From Syntrophobacterales bacterium (GTDB taxonomy: Bacteria; Desulfobacterota; Syntrophia; Syntrophales; UBA2192), in NCBI GenBank assembly GCA_018053845.1, contig JAGPKU010000005.1:1-62472 (forward strand): a DNA stretch of 62,472 nt. The letters run 5' to 3'. Of the stretch, positions 1 through 9,573 are shown in pieces (position 1 is the stretch's first letter; every line of letters starts with the position of its first letter). A program made the position numbers and the translations under genes. The notes under the pieces were generated by a model, which had not been told where the DNA came from, did no database searches, and saw only the letters and a program-made list of their open reading frames with translations.

Positions 1-1354
1 CGATGTCCTCGACGGGCATGCCGCACTGGATGGCCGTGGCGATGTAGAACAGGCGCTGGGAGTTGGGTGTCGTGAGCTTGGGGATGAGGAACTCCTCGGC
101 GCTCTCGATGTCGGGCGGCAGCTGCTGAAGCAGGCCGAAGCGGCCGATCTCGAGGGACCGGACGGCCTTCTGGAGGGACTCCCTGAAGGTCCGGCCGATG
201 GCCATGGTCTCCCCGACGGACTTCATCGACGTGGTGAGCAGGTCCTCCGTCTCGGGGAACTTCTCGAAGGTCCACCGCGGGATCTTGGTCACCACGTAGT
301 CGATGGTGGGCTCGAAGGAGGCCATCGTCTCGCGGGTGATGTCGTTGGGGATCTCGTCGAGGGTGTAGCCCACGGCGAGCTTCGCGGCGATCTTGGCGAT
401 GGGGAAGCCCGTGGCCTTCGAGGCCAGGGCCGACGAGCGCGACACGCGGGGGTTCATCTCGACGACGACCATCTCGCCGTTTGCCGGGTTGACGGCGAAC
501 TGGACGTTGGAGCCGCCCGTCTCGACGCCGATTTCGCGCATGATGGCGATGGAGGCGTTGCGCAGGACCTGGTATTCCACGTCGGTGAGCGTCTGGGCGG
601 GCGCCACCGTGATGGAGTCGCCCGTGTGCACGCCCATGGGATCGAAGTTCTCGATGGAGCAGATGATGACGACGTTGTCGGCCCGGTCGCGCATGACCTC
701 GAGCTCGTACTCCTTCCAGCCGAGTACGGACTCCTCGAGCATGATCTCGCCGATGAGGCTCGCGTCGAGACCCTGCTTGGCGATGTCGACGAGGTCCTCG
801 CGGTTGTAGGCCACGCCTCCGCCCGTGCCCCCGAGGGTGAAGGACGGGCGGATGATGATGGGGAAGCCGATTGCGTCGGCCACCCGGTGGACGTCGGCCA
901 TGCTCCGGGCGAAGCCGCTCCGGGGCACCCGCAGGCCGATCCTCTCCATGGCGTCGCGGAACTTCTCGCGGTCCTCGGCCTTGTGGATGACCTCCAGGGA
1001 GGCGCCGATGAGCTCCACGCCGTACGTCTCCAGGACGCCGAGCTTCGCGACGCCCACGGCCGTGTTGAGGCCCGTCTGGCCGCCGAGGGTGGGCAGGAGC
1101 GCGTCGGGGCGCTCCTTCTCGATGATCTTGGCCACGGCCTCTGGGGTGATGGGCTCCACGTAGGTGCGGTCGGCCGTCTCGGGGTCCGTCATGATCGTGG
1201 CCGGGTTGGAGTTGATCAGGATGACCTCGTAGCCCTCCTCCTTGAGGGCCTTGCAGGCCTGGGTGCCCGAGTAGTCGAACTCGCAGGCCTGGCTGATGAT
1301 GATGGGCCCCGATCCGATGAGGAGGATTTTCTTCAGGTCCGTCCGCTTAGGCAT
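1..1354 (-). CDS. carB: carbamoyl-phosphate synthase large subunit; the N-terminal part is in the window and the gene runs off the window start
   Basis: This gene is not in the ORF track because it has no stop inside the window. My own translation from ATG 1352-1354 gives [59 protein letters not shown]...[18 protein letters not shown], a typical CarB ATP-grasp N-terminus. The start overlaps the carA stop by 8 nt. Confidence 0.9.
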   Translation of the reverse strand, partial: MPKRTDLKKILLIGSGPIIISQACEFDYSGTQACKALKEEGYEVILINSNPATIMTDPETADRTYVEPITPEAVAKIIEKERPDALLPTLGGQTGLNTAVGVAKLGVLETYGVELIGASLEVIHKAEDREKFRDAMERIGLRVPRSGFARSMADVHRVADAIGFPIIIRPSFTLGGTGGGVAYNREDLVDIAKQGLDASLIGEIMLEESVLGWKEYELEVMRDRADNVVIICSIENFDPMGVHTGDSITVAPAQTLTDVEYQVLRNASIAIMREIGVETGGSNVQFAVNPANGEMVVVEMNPRVSRSSALASKATGFPIAKIAAKLAVGYTLDEIPNDITRETMASFEPTIDYVVTKIPRWTFEKFPETEDLLTTSMKSVGETMAIGRTFRESLQKAVRSLEIGRFGLLQQLPPDIESAEEFLIPKLTTPNSQRLFYIATAIQCGMPVEDI

Positions 1355-2492
1355 CGCCGCGCTTCTCTCTGAGCATGAGCTCGGTGAATTCCGTGAAGAG
1401 GTACTCGGCATCCTGCGGGCCCGGCGCCGCCTCGGGGTGGTACTGGACGCTGAAGGCCTTGAGCTCCGGGACGACGAGGCCCTCGAGGGTGCCGTCGTTG
1501 AGGTTCCGGTGCGTCGTCACGACCCGGTTGCCGAGGGTTTCCGGCAGGACCGTGAAGCCGTGGTTCTGGGAGCTGATCTCGACCCGTTTGCGCGCGACGT
1601 TCTTGGCCGGCTGGTTGATGCCGTGGTGGCCGAACTTGAGCTTGGCCGTCTTTCCCCCGAGGGCCTGGCCGAGGATCTGGTGGCCCAGGCAGATCCCGAA
1701 GATGGGCGTCCGGCCCAGCAGATCGCGCACCGTGTCGACGATGTAGGGCAGGGTGGCCGGGTCGCCCGGGCCGTTGCTGAGCAGCACGCCGTCGGGCTCG
1801 TAGGCCCGGATCTCGGGGGCCGTCGCCCGGCAGGGGACGACGACGACCTCGCAGCCCCGCTTCTCCAGGTTGCGCAGGATGTTGTACTTCACGCCGCAGT
1901 CGATGACCACGACGCGCAGGCGCGATTTCGTTTTTCCCAGCTCCTCGATGGGACGGGGCCCGCTGTCTTTCCACAGGTAGGGCTTCTCGGAGGTCACGAA
2001 GGGGATGAGGTCCCGGCCCACGAGCCCCGGGTAGGCCCTGACCCGTTCGAGCAGGAGGTTCGTGTCGTCTGTCTGCGTCGAGAGGATCCCCTTCATGGCG
2101 CCCGCCAGGCGGATCTTCCGCGTGAGGGCCCGCGTGTCGATCCCCTCGACGCCGAGCTTTCCGTGCTCCTCGAGGAACTCCTTGAGGGGCCGGGTGGACC
2201 GCCAGTTGCTCGGGTGCGGCTGGTACTCCTTGACGATGAACCCCTCGAGGTGGATCTTCGCCGACTCCATGTCGTCGGGGTTGACCCCGGTGCTGCCGAT
2301 GAGGGGGTAGGTCATCGTCACGATCTGCTCCTTGTAGGAGGGGTCCGTCAGGATTTCCTGGTAGCCCGTCATGCCCGTGTTGAAGACGACCTCGCCCACG
2401 GCCTGCCCCGCGTGGGCGAAGGCAAACCCCCGGAAGACGCTCCCGTCTTCCAGGACGAGCAGGGCTCGCGGCTTCTTTCTCAGCAGGTGCAT
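1347..2492 (-). CDS. carA: carbamoyl-phosphate synthase small (glutaminase) subunit
   Basis: ORF 1347..2852 is trimmed to ATG 2490-2492 ([22 protein letters not shown]...). The class-I amidotransferase motifs [10 protein letters not shown] and FSVQYHPEA are present. The upstream 120 codons of the track ORF overlap the glnA terminator and look non-coding. Confidence 0.92.
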   Translation of the reverse strand: MHLLRKKPRALLVLEDGSVFRGFAFAHAGQAVGEVVFNTGMTGYQEILTDPSYKEQIVTMTYPLIGSTGVNPDDMESAKIHLEGFIVKEYQPHPSNWRSTRPLKEFLEEHGKLGVEGIDTRALTRKIRLAGAMKGILSTQTDDTNLLLERVRAYPGLVGRDLIPFVTSEKPYLWKDSGPRPIEELGKTKSRLRVVVIDCGVKYNILRNLEKRGCEVVVVPCRATAPEIRAYEPDGVLLSNGPGDPATLPYIVDTVRDLLGRTPIFGICLGHQILGQALGGKTAKLKFGHHGINQPAKNVARKRVEISSQNHGFTVLPETLGNRVVTTHRNLNDGTLEGLVVPELKAFSVQYHPEAAPGPQDAEYLFTEFTELMLREKRGDA

Positions 2493-2518
2493 GACGGTTC
2501 CCTTCTCAACGGGATGTG

Positions 2519-2547
2519 AAAAAAGGGGCAGCCCGGCGGGCTGCCCC
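2519..2547 (-). terminator. rho-independent terminator downstream of glnA
   Basis: On the minus strand, GGGGCAGCCC-gcc-GGGCTGCCCC forms a 10-bp GC stem followed by TTTTTT (the A-run 2519-2524 on the plus strand). It lies 10 nt after the glnA stop. Confidence 0.8.
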
Positions 2548-2556
2548 TCTTGCCGT

Positions 2557-3888
2557 TTACAGCATCGGCAGGTACCGGTTGATCTCGAAATCGGTGACGT
2601 GGGTGCGGAACATGTCCCACTCCCGCTTCTTGTTCTCGACGAACTTGCCGAAGATGTGGTCTCCCAGGACCTCGTTGACCAGCACGCTCTGCTTGGTCTC
2701 CTCGAGGGCCTCCCAGAGGCTGCCGGGCAGGGAGCTGATCCCGGCCTCGGCGCGGGCCTTTTCGTCCATCTCGAAGATGTCGTGCTCCACCGGCTCGGGC
2801 AGGGGGTACTTGCCCTCGACGCCCTTGAGCCCCGCGCCCAGCATGACCGCAAAGGCCAGGTAGGGGTTGCAGGCGGGGTCGGGCGAGCGGAACTCGATGC
2901 GGGTCGCCTTCTCCTTGCCGGGTTTGTACATGGGCACGCGGATCATGGCGGAGCGGTTGCGGCGCGCCCAGGCACAGTAGACGGGCGCCTCGTAGCCGGG
3001 CACCAGGCGCTTGTAGGAGTTGACCCACTGGTTGGTGACGGCCGTGATCTCGCGGGCGTGCCGCATGATCCCCGCGATGTAGCTCTTCGCGACGGACGAC
3101 AGGTGGTACTGATCCTTGGCGTCGAAGAAGGCGTTCTTGCTGCCCTTGAAGAGCGACTGGTGGACGTGCATGCCGCTGCCGTTCTGGCCGAAGATGGGCT
3201 TCGGCATGAAGGTGGCGTAGACGCCGTTCTGCCGGGCGATCTCCTTGACGGCCACCCGGTAGGTCATCACCGTGTCGGCCATCTCGAGGGCGTCGAGGTA
3301 GCGCAGGTCGATTTCGTGCTGGCTCGGGGCCACCTCGTGATGGCTGTACTCGACGCGGATGCCCATGCTCTGGAGGGCGAAGATCGTCTGGCGGCGCAGG
3401 TCCGTCCCGCGGTCGGTGGGCAGCCCGTCGAAGTAGCCGGCCTGGTCGAGGATCTCCGCCTCGGTTTCGTTGGCGAAGTAGAAGAACTCGAGCTCGGGGC
3501 CCACGTAGTAGGTGTAGCCCTGCTTGGCGATCTTGGCGAGGATCCTCTTGAGGGCATACCGGGGGTCGCCCATGTAGTTCGTGCCGTCGGGGTTCATGAT
3601 GTCGCAGAACATCCGCGCCACGGGGCGGTCGCTGGGGCGCCAGGGAATGATCTGGAACGTCTTCGGATCCGGCAGGGCGATCATGTCGCTCTCCTCGATG
3701 CGGGCGAAGCCCTCGATCGAGGATCCGTCGAAGCCCATGCCCTCCGCGAGGCCCTCCTCGAGCTCCGAGGGGGTCACGCTGAAGGATTTGAGCTTCCCGA
3801 GGACGTCGGTGAACCAGAACTGAATGAAGCTGACGTTTTTCTCCTTGACGAATTTCTGGACATCCTTTGCATCTCTGATGTTGGTCAT
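2557..3888 (-). CDS. glnA: glutamine synthetase, type I
   Basis: The 443-aa ORF MTNIRDAKDVQKFVKEKNVSFIQFWFTDVLGKLKSF...GPELEFFYF...MHVHQSLF... matches GSI along its full length. Confidence 0.95.
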   Translation of the reverse strand: MTNIRDAKDVQKFVKEKNVSFIQFWFTDVLGKLKSFSVTPSELEEGLAEGMGFDGSSIEGFARIEESDMIALPDPKTFQIIPWRPSDRPVARMFCDIMNPDGTNYMGDPRYALKRILAKIAKQGYTYYVGPELEFFYFANETEAEILDQAGYFDGLPTDRGTDLRRQTIFALQSMGIRVEYSHHEVAPSQHEIDLRYLDALEMADTVMTYRVAVKEIARQNGVYATFMPKPIFGQNGSGMHVHQSLFKGSKNAFFDAKDQYHLSSVAKSYIAGIMRHAREITAVTNQWVNSYKRLVPGYEAPVYCAWARRNRSAMIRVPMYKPGKEKATRIEFRSPDPACNPYLAFAVMLGAGLKGVEGKYPLPEPVEHDIFEMDEKARAEAGISSLPGSLWEALEETKQSVLVNEVLGDHIFGKFVENKKREWDMFRTHVTDFEINRYLPML

Positions 3889-4031
3889 TGGGGCCTCCTT
3901 GAAAAATTGTTGATCACGGCTTCATTCAGTCCGGGCGCGGTCGACGCCCGTATAGGAATGAAGAATTCTGACAGAGACTGTCGAAAAATCAAGTGTTTTG
4001 TGCCGGCCCGATGCAGGCCGCCCCGTTTCCG

Positions 4032-6419
4032 CTAACCCGTGTGGCCCGCGCTCTCCAGCGGGACGTTTTCCACGAGCTGCCAGATCCCGCAGGGGCAGGC
4101 CCCGGCGCAGAACCCGCAGCCGATGCACCGGTCGGGATCGACAGCGTACTCGTAGGCGCCGCCGCCCAGGTCCCTGCGCGAGATGGCGTTCTGGGGGCAG
4201 ACCGTGACGCAGACCGAGCAGTCCCGGCAGGAGCCGCAGGAAGCGCACTCGCCGGCGCACTCGTCCGCGTCGCCGAACCCCTTGACCCGCGGGTCGTAGT
4301 ATTCGAGCTTGATCCGGGCCGCGGGGATCGGCGGGAGCCTGTCCCGGGCGACCTCGCGGCCGTTGAGGAGGGCGTCGATCGCCTCGGCGGCCTTGCGTCC
4401 GGCGCCGATGGCCTCCGTCAGGAGTCCGAGTTTCACCGTGTCCCCCACCGCGAAGACCTTGGGGTCGCTGGTCTGGAAGCGCTCGTTGACGACGATGAAC
4501 CCCCGCTCGGTCGCGATCGTCCGGGGCAGGAAGCCCAGGTCGGGCTGGTCGCCGACGGCCACGATGACCGTGTCGGCCGGCAGCACATCGCCCCTCGTGA
4601 GCTCCACGCCCTCGGCGGTGATCACCTTCGCGGTGACGGGCCAGAGGAACTTCGCCCCCGCCGCCTCGGCATGACGGCGCTCCTTGCCGAAAGAGGCCGG
4701 TTCCTGGATGTCGATGAGGGTGATCGACTCGGCTCCCAAACGTGCCGCCTCGGCGGCCGCGTCGCAGCCCACGTTGCCAGCGCCGATGACGACGACGCGC
4801 CGGCCGACGCCGATGCGGTTCGCCTTGGCGGCCCGCAGGAAGTCCAGCGCCGGCAGGGCCCGCTCGATCCCGGGGATCGGCAGCATGCGGGGCTTCTGGG
4901 CCCCCGTGGCGATGACGACATAGTCGAACTCGTCCCGGAGCTTCGTGAACGCCTCCCGGGTCATCTCCGCCTTGAGGCGGACCTCGGGGATGAGACCCTT
5001 CACCCGGTCGATCTCGCGGCGGACGATCTCGTCGGGGATGCGCAGGCTGGGGATGGAGCTCGTGATCTTGCCCCCCAGCTCCTCGCCGCGGTCGTAGACG
5101 ACGGGCTGGTGTCCCTTGAGGTAGAGCTGCCAGGCGATGGAGAGACCCGCCGGCCCGCCGCCGACGATCGCGACCCGCCGGCCCGTCGGCGGTGCCGGCG
5201 CTGGCGGCCGTGCCTCGAGGCTCGCCTTGCCCAGGAGGGAGACGTCCACGGGCTTGAGGCCCTCGACGGCACGCGTGCAGTGCTGCATGCAGACGTTCGG
5301 GCAGAGGTATCCGCAGACCGTGACGGGGAAGGGCGTGTAGGCCAGGGCGATGTCGACGGCCTCGTCGACAAGGCCCTTGCGCACCATCTCCCACCGCTTC
5401 TGCACGGGGATGCCCGTGGGGCAGCTCGCCTGGCAGGGGGGCAGGAACTTCAGGTTCTCCCAGACGGGAACGTAGCGCCGCAGGATCCCCGTCGTAATGA
5501 CCGGGATCGGGCTGCGGTCCAGGTCGGTCAGGTCGCCGATCAGACCGCCCTTGCCGAGCTCCTGGTCCCAGACGAAGCGGCGGAAATCGGCCACCGAGCG
5601 GACGGCCTTGACGCCCTTTTCGCCGGGCCTGCGCGCCACGAGCAGCTGCCAGGCCGTGCGGTCGGACAGCAGCTCCTCGTAGAGCCCGCCGCGGCCGATC
5701 GCCTGGAGGAACTCCTTCAGGTTGGCGCAAAGCCAGTCCCACTCCTCATCGCCGACCTCCGCGGGCCGGACGTCCTCGTCGCTGAATCCCCTGTGAGGGC
5801 CGCGGAAGAAGATCCGGCCGCCCACCATCCCGACGCAGGGGCGGTGTCCCAGGATGTTGTCCGGGTGGTGCGCCTCGTGGCCGCAGATGACGGCGGTGCC
5901 GCCCGCCATGAACTCGGCAAAGGAGTCGCCTGCGCCGCCGAGCACCCAGAGCTCCGGCGGGGCGAAGCGCGGGTTGTGCTTGGTCATCGTCATGCCGCGC
6001 GCGCCGATGTCGCCGGCGATGTAGATCTTCCCCTGCGCCATGGCATTGCCCACGCCGTTGGATGCCTGGCCGTGGATGACGATCCGGGCCCCCGCGTTGA
6101 GCCATCCCACGTCGTCCGAGGCGGGGCCCATCACCTCGATGCGGGTGTTCGGGAACCCCATGGAGCCCACGCGCTGACCGGGGGAGCCCGTGATCCGGAT
6201 CTCGACGGGGTCGCTGCCGGCTCTCCAGAGCCGGCCCCCGATCCCGTGCTGGCCGAAGGCCTGCACCTCAATGCGGCGATGACCCTCCGCGACGGCCTGC
6301 TGCAGGCGCTCCTCGAGAACGCGGGATTCCACGCGCTGCCCGCTCTCGACGCCGTGGATCACCACGGCGGCCCGGGCGGCGTCCTGTTTCTTTTTCGGTG
6401 CGGTTTTCGCGATTGCCAC
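4032..6419 (-). CDS. glutamate synthase fusion subunit: GltB C-terminal GXGXG domain, a GltD-like NAD(P)H/FAD oxidoreductase and a C-terminal 2x[4Fe-4S] ferredoxin
   Basis: This is track ORF 4032..6494. The N-terminal part has a GXGXG beta-helix-type sequence (VIHGQASNGVGNAMAQGKIYIAGDIGARGM). The middle part has RRVAIVGGGPAGLS and VVVIGAGNVGCD dinucleotide folds. The tail has CxxCxxCxxxCP twice (CASCGSCRDCSVCVTVCP, CIGCGFCAGACP). I prefer the GTG start at 6417-6419 because AGGGGGA lies 5 nt upstream; ATG 6443 is an alternative. Confidence 0.85.
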   Translation of the reverse strand: MAIAKTAPKKKQDAARAAVVIHGVESGQRVESRVLEERLQQAVAEGHRRIEVQAFGQHGIGGRLWRAGSDPVEIRITGSPGQRVGSMGFPNTRIEVMGPASDDVGWLNAGARIVIHGQASNGVGNAMAQGKIYIAGDIGARGMTMTKHNPRFAPPELWVLGGAGDSFAEFMAGGTAVICGHEAHHPDNILGHRPCVGMVGGRIFFRGPHRGFSDEDVRPAEVGDEEWDWLCANLKEFLQAIGRGGLYEELLSDRTAWQLLVARRPGEKGVKAVRSVADFRRFVWDQELGKGGLIGDLTDLDRSPIPVITTGILRRYVPVWENLKFLPPCQASCPTGIPVQKRWEMVRKGLVDEAVDIALAYTPFPVTVCGYLCPNVCMQHCTRAVEGLKPVDVSLLGKASLEARPPAPAPPTGRRVAIVGGGPAGLSIAWQLYLKGHQPVVYDRGEELGGKITSSIPSLRIPDEIVRREIDRVKGLIPEVRLKAEMTREAFTKLRDEFDYVVIATGAQKPRMLPIPGIERALPALDFLRAAKANRIGVGRRVVVIGAGNVGCDAAAEAARLGAESITLIDIQEPASFGKERRHAEAAGAKFLWPVTAKVITAEGVELTRGDVLPADTVIVAVGDQPDLGFLPRTIATERGFIVVNERFQTSDPKVFAVGDTVKLGLLTEAIGAGRKAAEAIDALLNGREVARDRLPPIPAARIKLEYYDPRVKGFGDADECAGECASCGSCRDCSVCVTVCPQNAISRRDLGGGAYEYAVDPDRCIGCGFCAGACPCGIWQLVENVPLESAGHTG

Positions 6420-6432
6420 GTCAGTCCCCCTT

Positions 6433-8067
6433 CTAGACGACATACTGGATCTGCAGCCTCTCCGCGGCGCTGCGGTCGGAGATGCCGAGGGCATCGGACA
6501 TCCCGATGGGCAGGGATGTCGACCGGCCGAGGGGAGCCACGATCTTCCGGAGCTCCGTGTCGAAGCTCAGGTAGACGTCCACGAGGCGCTGGGCGACGTG
6601 TTCCGGGTCTAGACGCCGGTAGAGACGGGGGTCCTGGGACGTGATCCCCTTGGGGCACTGGCCGATGTTGCAGATATTGCAGCGGTCGCTCTCGGAGCCG
6701 AGGCATCCCGCCGCGGCCTGCATGATGTACTTGCCGACCTGCACGCCGCTGGCGCCCAGCATGATCAGCGCCGCCGCGTTGGCCGTCAGGTTGCCGTTCT
6801 TCCCGATGCCCCCGCCAGCGAACAGGGGGATCTCGTTCTGCTTTCCGATCCTGACGAGGGTCAGGTAGGCGTCGCGGATGTTGCTCGCGATGGGGTGCCC
6901 CATGTGGTCCATCGAGACGTTGTAGGCCGCCCCGGTGCCCCCGTCCTCGCCGTCGATGGCGAGCCCGGCGGCGATCGGGTTGCGGGCCAGGTTGTTCAGG
7001 ACGGCGAGCGCCGTGCTGGTCCCCGAGATCTTCGGGTAGACGGGGACCCGGAATCCCCAGGCCATGGACATGGACTGGATCATCTTCGCCACGGACTCCT
7101 CGATGGAGTACTTCGTCTGGTGCGTCGGGGGGCTCGGCAGGCTCACGCCGGGGGGCACGCCGCGGACCCGCGCGATGAGGCTGTTGACCTTGTACCACAT
7201 CAAGAGGCCCCCGTCGCCGGGCTTGGCGCCCTGGCCGTACTTGATCTCCACGGCGCAGGGGTCCTCCTTCATCTCGGGCAGGGCGCGGATGATCTCGTCC
7301 CAGCCGAAGTAGCCGCTGGCGATCTGGAGGATCACGTATTTCAGGAAGCGCGAGCGCAGCAGGCGCGGCGGGCAGCCGCCCTCGCCGGTGCACATCCGCA
7401 CGGGCATACCCAGCTCCTCGTTGAGGTAGGCCACCCCCATCTGAAGGCCCTCCCACATGGTGGGGGACAGGGCGCCGAAGGACATGCCGCCGATGATCAG
7501 CGGGTAGATCTCCCGCACGGGCGGGATCCACCCGTTTTCGCGGCTGAACTGCAGGGCCTCCTCGGGGGGCAGGATCCGCCCGAGCAGCGTCCGCATCTCG
7601 AATTCGTGGCGGCCCGCGTCGAGGGCGGGGTCGGTCAGCATGGAGATGCGGATGAATTTGATCTGGTCGAGGAGGCTGCCCGGGGCGTTGCGCCTTCCGC
7701 CCCGGCGCCGGGGGACCCCCCCGTTGTTGATGTGGTAGCGCTGCTTGTCGACGTCCTCGTTGAGCACGGGGAAAATCGCGTCGTTGGGGCAGACCAGGCT
7801 GCACATGGCGCAGCCGACACAGGCGAAGGCGGCATCGGTGCGCTGGTCGATGCCGTGGTAGACGCTGAAGGCGGTCGATGGCGTGCCCTGGATCCCCAGC
7901 GGAACGTTGACGACGCGCTTGCGGTGGACGCCGAGCTCGATGGCCTGGACGGGGCAGACGGCCGTGCAGCGCCCGCAGAGGGTGCACTTCTCCCTGTCCC
8001 AGAGGATCCGCCAGTGCAGGTCCTTCGTGCTCAGTGTGGAAGGGTGAAGGGTTCCCATTGATTCCAT
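6433..8067 (-). CDS. gltB: glutamate synthase FMN-binding (GltB central domain) subunit with an N-terminal 4Fe-4S ferredoxin domain
   Basis: Track ORF 6433..8835 is trimmed to ATG 8065-8067 (MESMGTLHPS...), which has GGGAGA 7 nt upstream. Supporting motifs are CTLCGRCTAVCP and CVGCAMCSLVCP, then IKYGQGAKPGDGG, PKISGTS and AIDGEDGGTGAA. The gene overlaps the upstream gene by 37 nt. Confidence 0.9.
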   Translation of the reverse strand: MESMGTLHPSTLSTKDLHWRILWDREKCTLCGRCTAVCPVQAIELGVHRKRVVNVPLGIQGTPSTAFSVYHGIDQRTDAAFACVGCAMCSLVCPNDAIFPVLNEDVDKQRYHINNGGVPRRRGGRRNAPGSLLDQIKFIRISMLTDPALDAGRHEFEMRTLLGRILPPEEALQFSRENGWIPPVREIYPLIIGGMSFGALSPTMWEGLQMGVAYLNEELGMPVRMCTGEGGCPPRLLRSRFLKYVILQIASGYFGWDEIIRALPEMKEDPCAVEIKYGQGAKPGDGGLLMWYKVNSLIARVRGVPPGVSLPSPPTHQTKYSIEESVAKMIQSMSMAWGFRVPVYPKISGTSTALAVLNNLARNPIAAGLAIDGEDGGTGAAYNVSMDHMGHPIASNIRDAYLTLVRIGKQNEIPLFAGGGIGKNGNLTANAAALIMLGASGVQVGKYIMQAAAGCLGSESDRCNICNIGQCPKGITSQDPRLYRRLDPEHVAQRLVDVYLSFDTELRKIVAPLGRSTSLPIGMSDALGISDRSAAERLQIQYVV

Positions 8068-9161
8068 GTCTTGATCTCCCTGCGGTTGCCGTCCACGTAG
8101 GCGACGTCGTATTTCATGGGCTGGAAGTCCGCGCTGCGGTCCCGGTCGGGGATGGCGGCATCGAGACCGCAGATCTCCGACGAAACGGCGTACAGGCCCG
8201 GCCTGCCGCCGATGACGCCGGGGCGCAGCTTCTTGCTGTCCTGGACGATGAACAGCGTCCGGTCCGGCGTGAAACCGATGACGCAGTTGGGCCCGTCGAT
8301 GATCAGCGGCCGGCAGGTGTGCTTCAGCAGCCGCAGCCGCGACGACTCGGGGTGCCTCGCCAGCTCGTCGTCCTTGAGCGGCGTGATGATGTGCTTGTAG
8401 GCCTCGAGGCCCATGCCGAGGTTGTAGTAGGTGTAGTGCAGGATGTGGGTGAAGACCTCGGAATCGGACTGATACCCGATGTAGCCGGGAAACTGCCTCG
8501 ACAGGAGGAACTCGCGGATGGGGACGAAGGCCGTGTTCTCCCCGTTGGTCATCGTGGCCACGCCCTGGACGAAGAAGGGGTGGCAGGCGTAGAGGGTGAT
8601 GGCGTAGTTGGTGTTCTGACGGCCCTGTGCCAGCATGCTGCGGGCCAGGATGTTGCGGTCGCCCAGGTCGAGGTAGTCGGCGATCGCCAGGGGGTCCCCG
8701 ATCTCCTTGAGCATGATCGTGTCGGGCCAGAAGCTGAAGACCATCATCGAGCCGTCCTCGAGCCCCATCTGGCGCAGCGTCACGCGGGTGAGCATGAGGC
8801 GGAAGCGGACCTCGGCCTTGGGGAGATATTTCCATTCATCCGGGTAGTCGTAGACGCTGATGAGGTAGACGTCCCGGCGGGGCGTCCCTGCCGGGGCCGG
8901 CTTCGACGGACGGATCGTGCGCTCGAACTTCGGCCTGAAGCCTCGGGCCAGCATGTAGTCGTCGAGCGTCTTCATCCCCGCGTTGCTGAAGATGCCGCAG
9001 AGCGTCGGGTAATCCTTGTAGGGCTCGAAATCGCCCGCCAGGTCCGTGAGGTAGAGGCCCACGCCGGAGCCGTCGTGCCCTTCCTTCATGACGTTGAGCG
9101 CCTCGAGCGCGACCATGGGGGAGAGGGGGGTCTGGCTCGTGATCGCAAACAGTCTGCACAT
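8031..9161 (-). CDS. glutamate synthase glutamine amidotransferase (class II, GltB N-terminal domain) subunit
   Basis: Track ORF 8031..9230 is trimmed to ATG 9159-9161, which gives MCRLFAITS... with the Ntn-type catalytic Cys directly after Met. Confidence 0.85.
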   Translation of the reverse strand: MCRLFAITSQTPLSPMVALEALNVMKEGHDGSGVGLYLTDLAGDFEPYKDYPTLCGIFSNAGMKTLDDYMLARGFRPKFERTIRPSKPAPAGTPRRDVYLISVYDYPDEWKYLPKAEVRFRLMLTRVTLRQMGLEDGSMMVFSFWPDTIMLKEIGDPLAIADYLDLGDRNILARSMLAQGRQNTNYAITLYACHPFFVQGVATMTNGENTAFVPIREFLLSRQFPGYIGYQSDSEVFTHILHYTYYNLGMGLEAYKHIITPLKDDELARHPESSRLRLLKHTCRPLIIDGPNCVIGFTPDRTLFIVQDSKKLRPGVIGGRPGLYAVSSEICGLDAAIPDRDRSADFQPMKYDVAYVDGNRREIKTWNQWEPFTLPH

Positions 9162-9293
9162 GATGCCGATTCCTTTGCCGCGGCGGTGACCCGCAATCGG
9201 GGGCGGACCGCCGTCGCCGATGTGGAACAAATTTGTACTATGCCGATCGTGATGAACGAAATTGTGATGACCGAAGGGTCCGCCGGACCCTCG

Positions 9294-9503
9294 TCAATTC
9301 CCCATCCTGAATCGGCGGGGGTCGATCCCGTACTTGTGGATCTTGTAGTGGATCACCCGCTTGGACGTCCCGAGCAGTTTGGCCGCCTGGCTCTGATTTC
9401 CCTGCGTGCTCACGAGGGCGTCGATGATGAGGGCCCTCTCGTAGGCATTCATGAGACTCGCCAGGGAAGACACCGTCCTGCTTTCCATGGACTGCGCTTT
9501 CAT
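9294..9503 (-). CDS. stand-alone Fis-type helix-turn-helix (HTH_8) DNA-binding protein, 69 aa
   Basis: The product is MKAQSMESRTVSSLASLMNAYERALIIDALVSTQGNQSQAAKLLGTSKRVIHYKIHKYGIDPRRF. By my count, 36 of 54 aligned residues are identical to the C-terminal DNA-binding domain of the activator at 9803..11326. A GGGGTG RBS lies 5 nt upstream of the ATG. Confidence 0.7.
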   Translation of the reverse strand: MKAQSMESRTVSSLASLMNAYERALIIDALVSTQGNQSQAAKLLGTSKRVIHYKIHKYGIDPRRFRMGN

Positions 9504-9558
9504 GATTTTTCACCCCGTCTGTTCGATGTGGAGCGATGGTCCTACGCAGAAGGGATGG

Positions 9559-9573
9559 ACAAGAAGCGTGCCA
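9559..9573 (-). promoter_or_regulatory. candidate sigma-54 (-24/-12) promoter
   Basis: The minus strand reads TGGCAC-GCTTC-TTGT. The -24 box is perfect, the spacing is the exact 5 nt, and the -12 box is TTGT instead of TTGC. It lies about 55 nt upstream of the ATG at 9503. Confidence 0.4.

Noticed and set aside
3985-4010. A sigma-54-like element upstream of glnA (minus strand CGGCAC-aaaacac-TTGA).
   Set aside because: The GG-to-TTG spacing is two nucleotides too long for the strict -24/-12 geometry, and the -12 box is TTGA. I did not call it.
3922-6644. The long ORFs 3922..5742 (-), 3993..6644 (+) and 6359..7987 (-) that overlap the glutamate synthase genes.
   Set aside because: These are alternative-frame or antisense ORFs with Arg/Pro/Gly-rich composition and no recognisable motifs. 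The frames I annotated carry clear GOGAT motifs.
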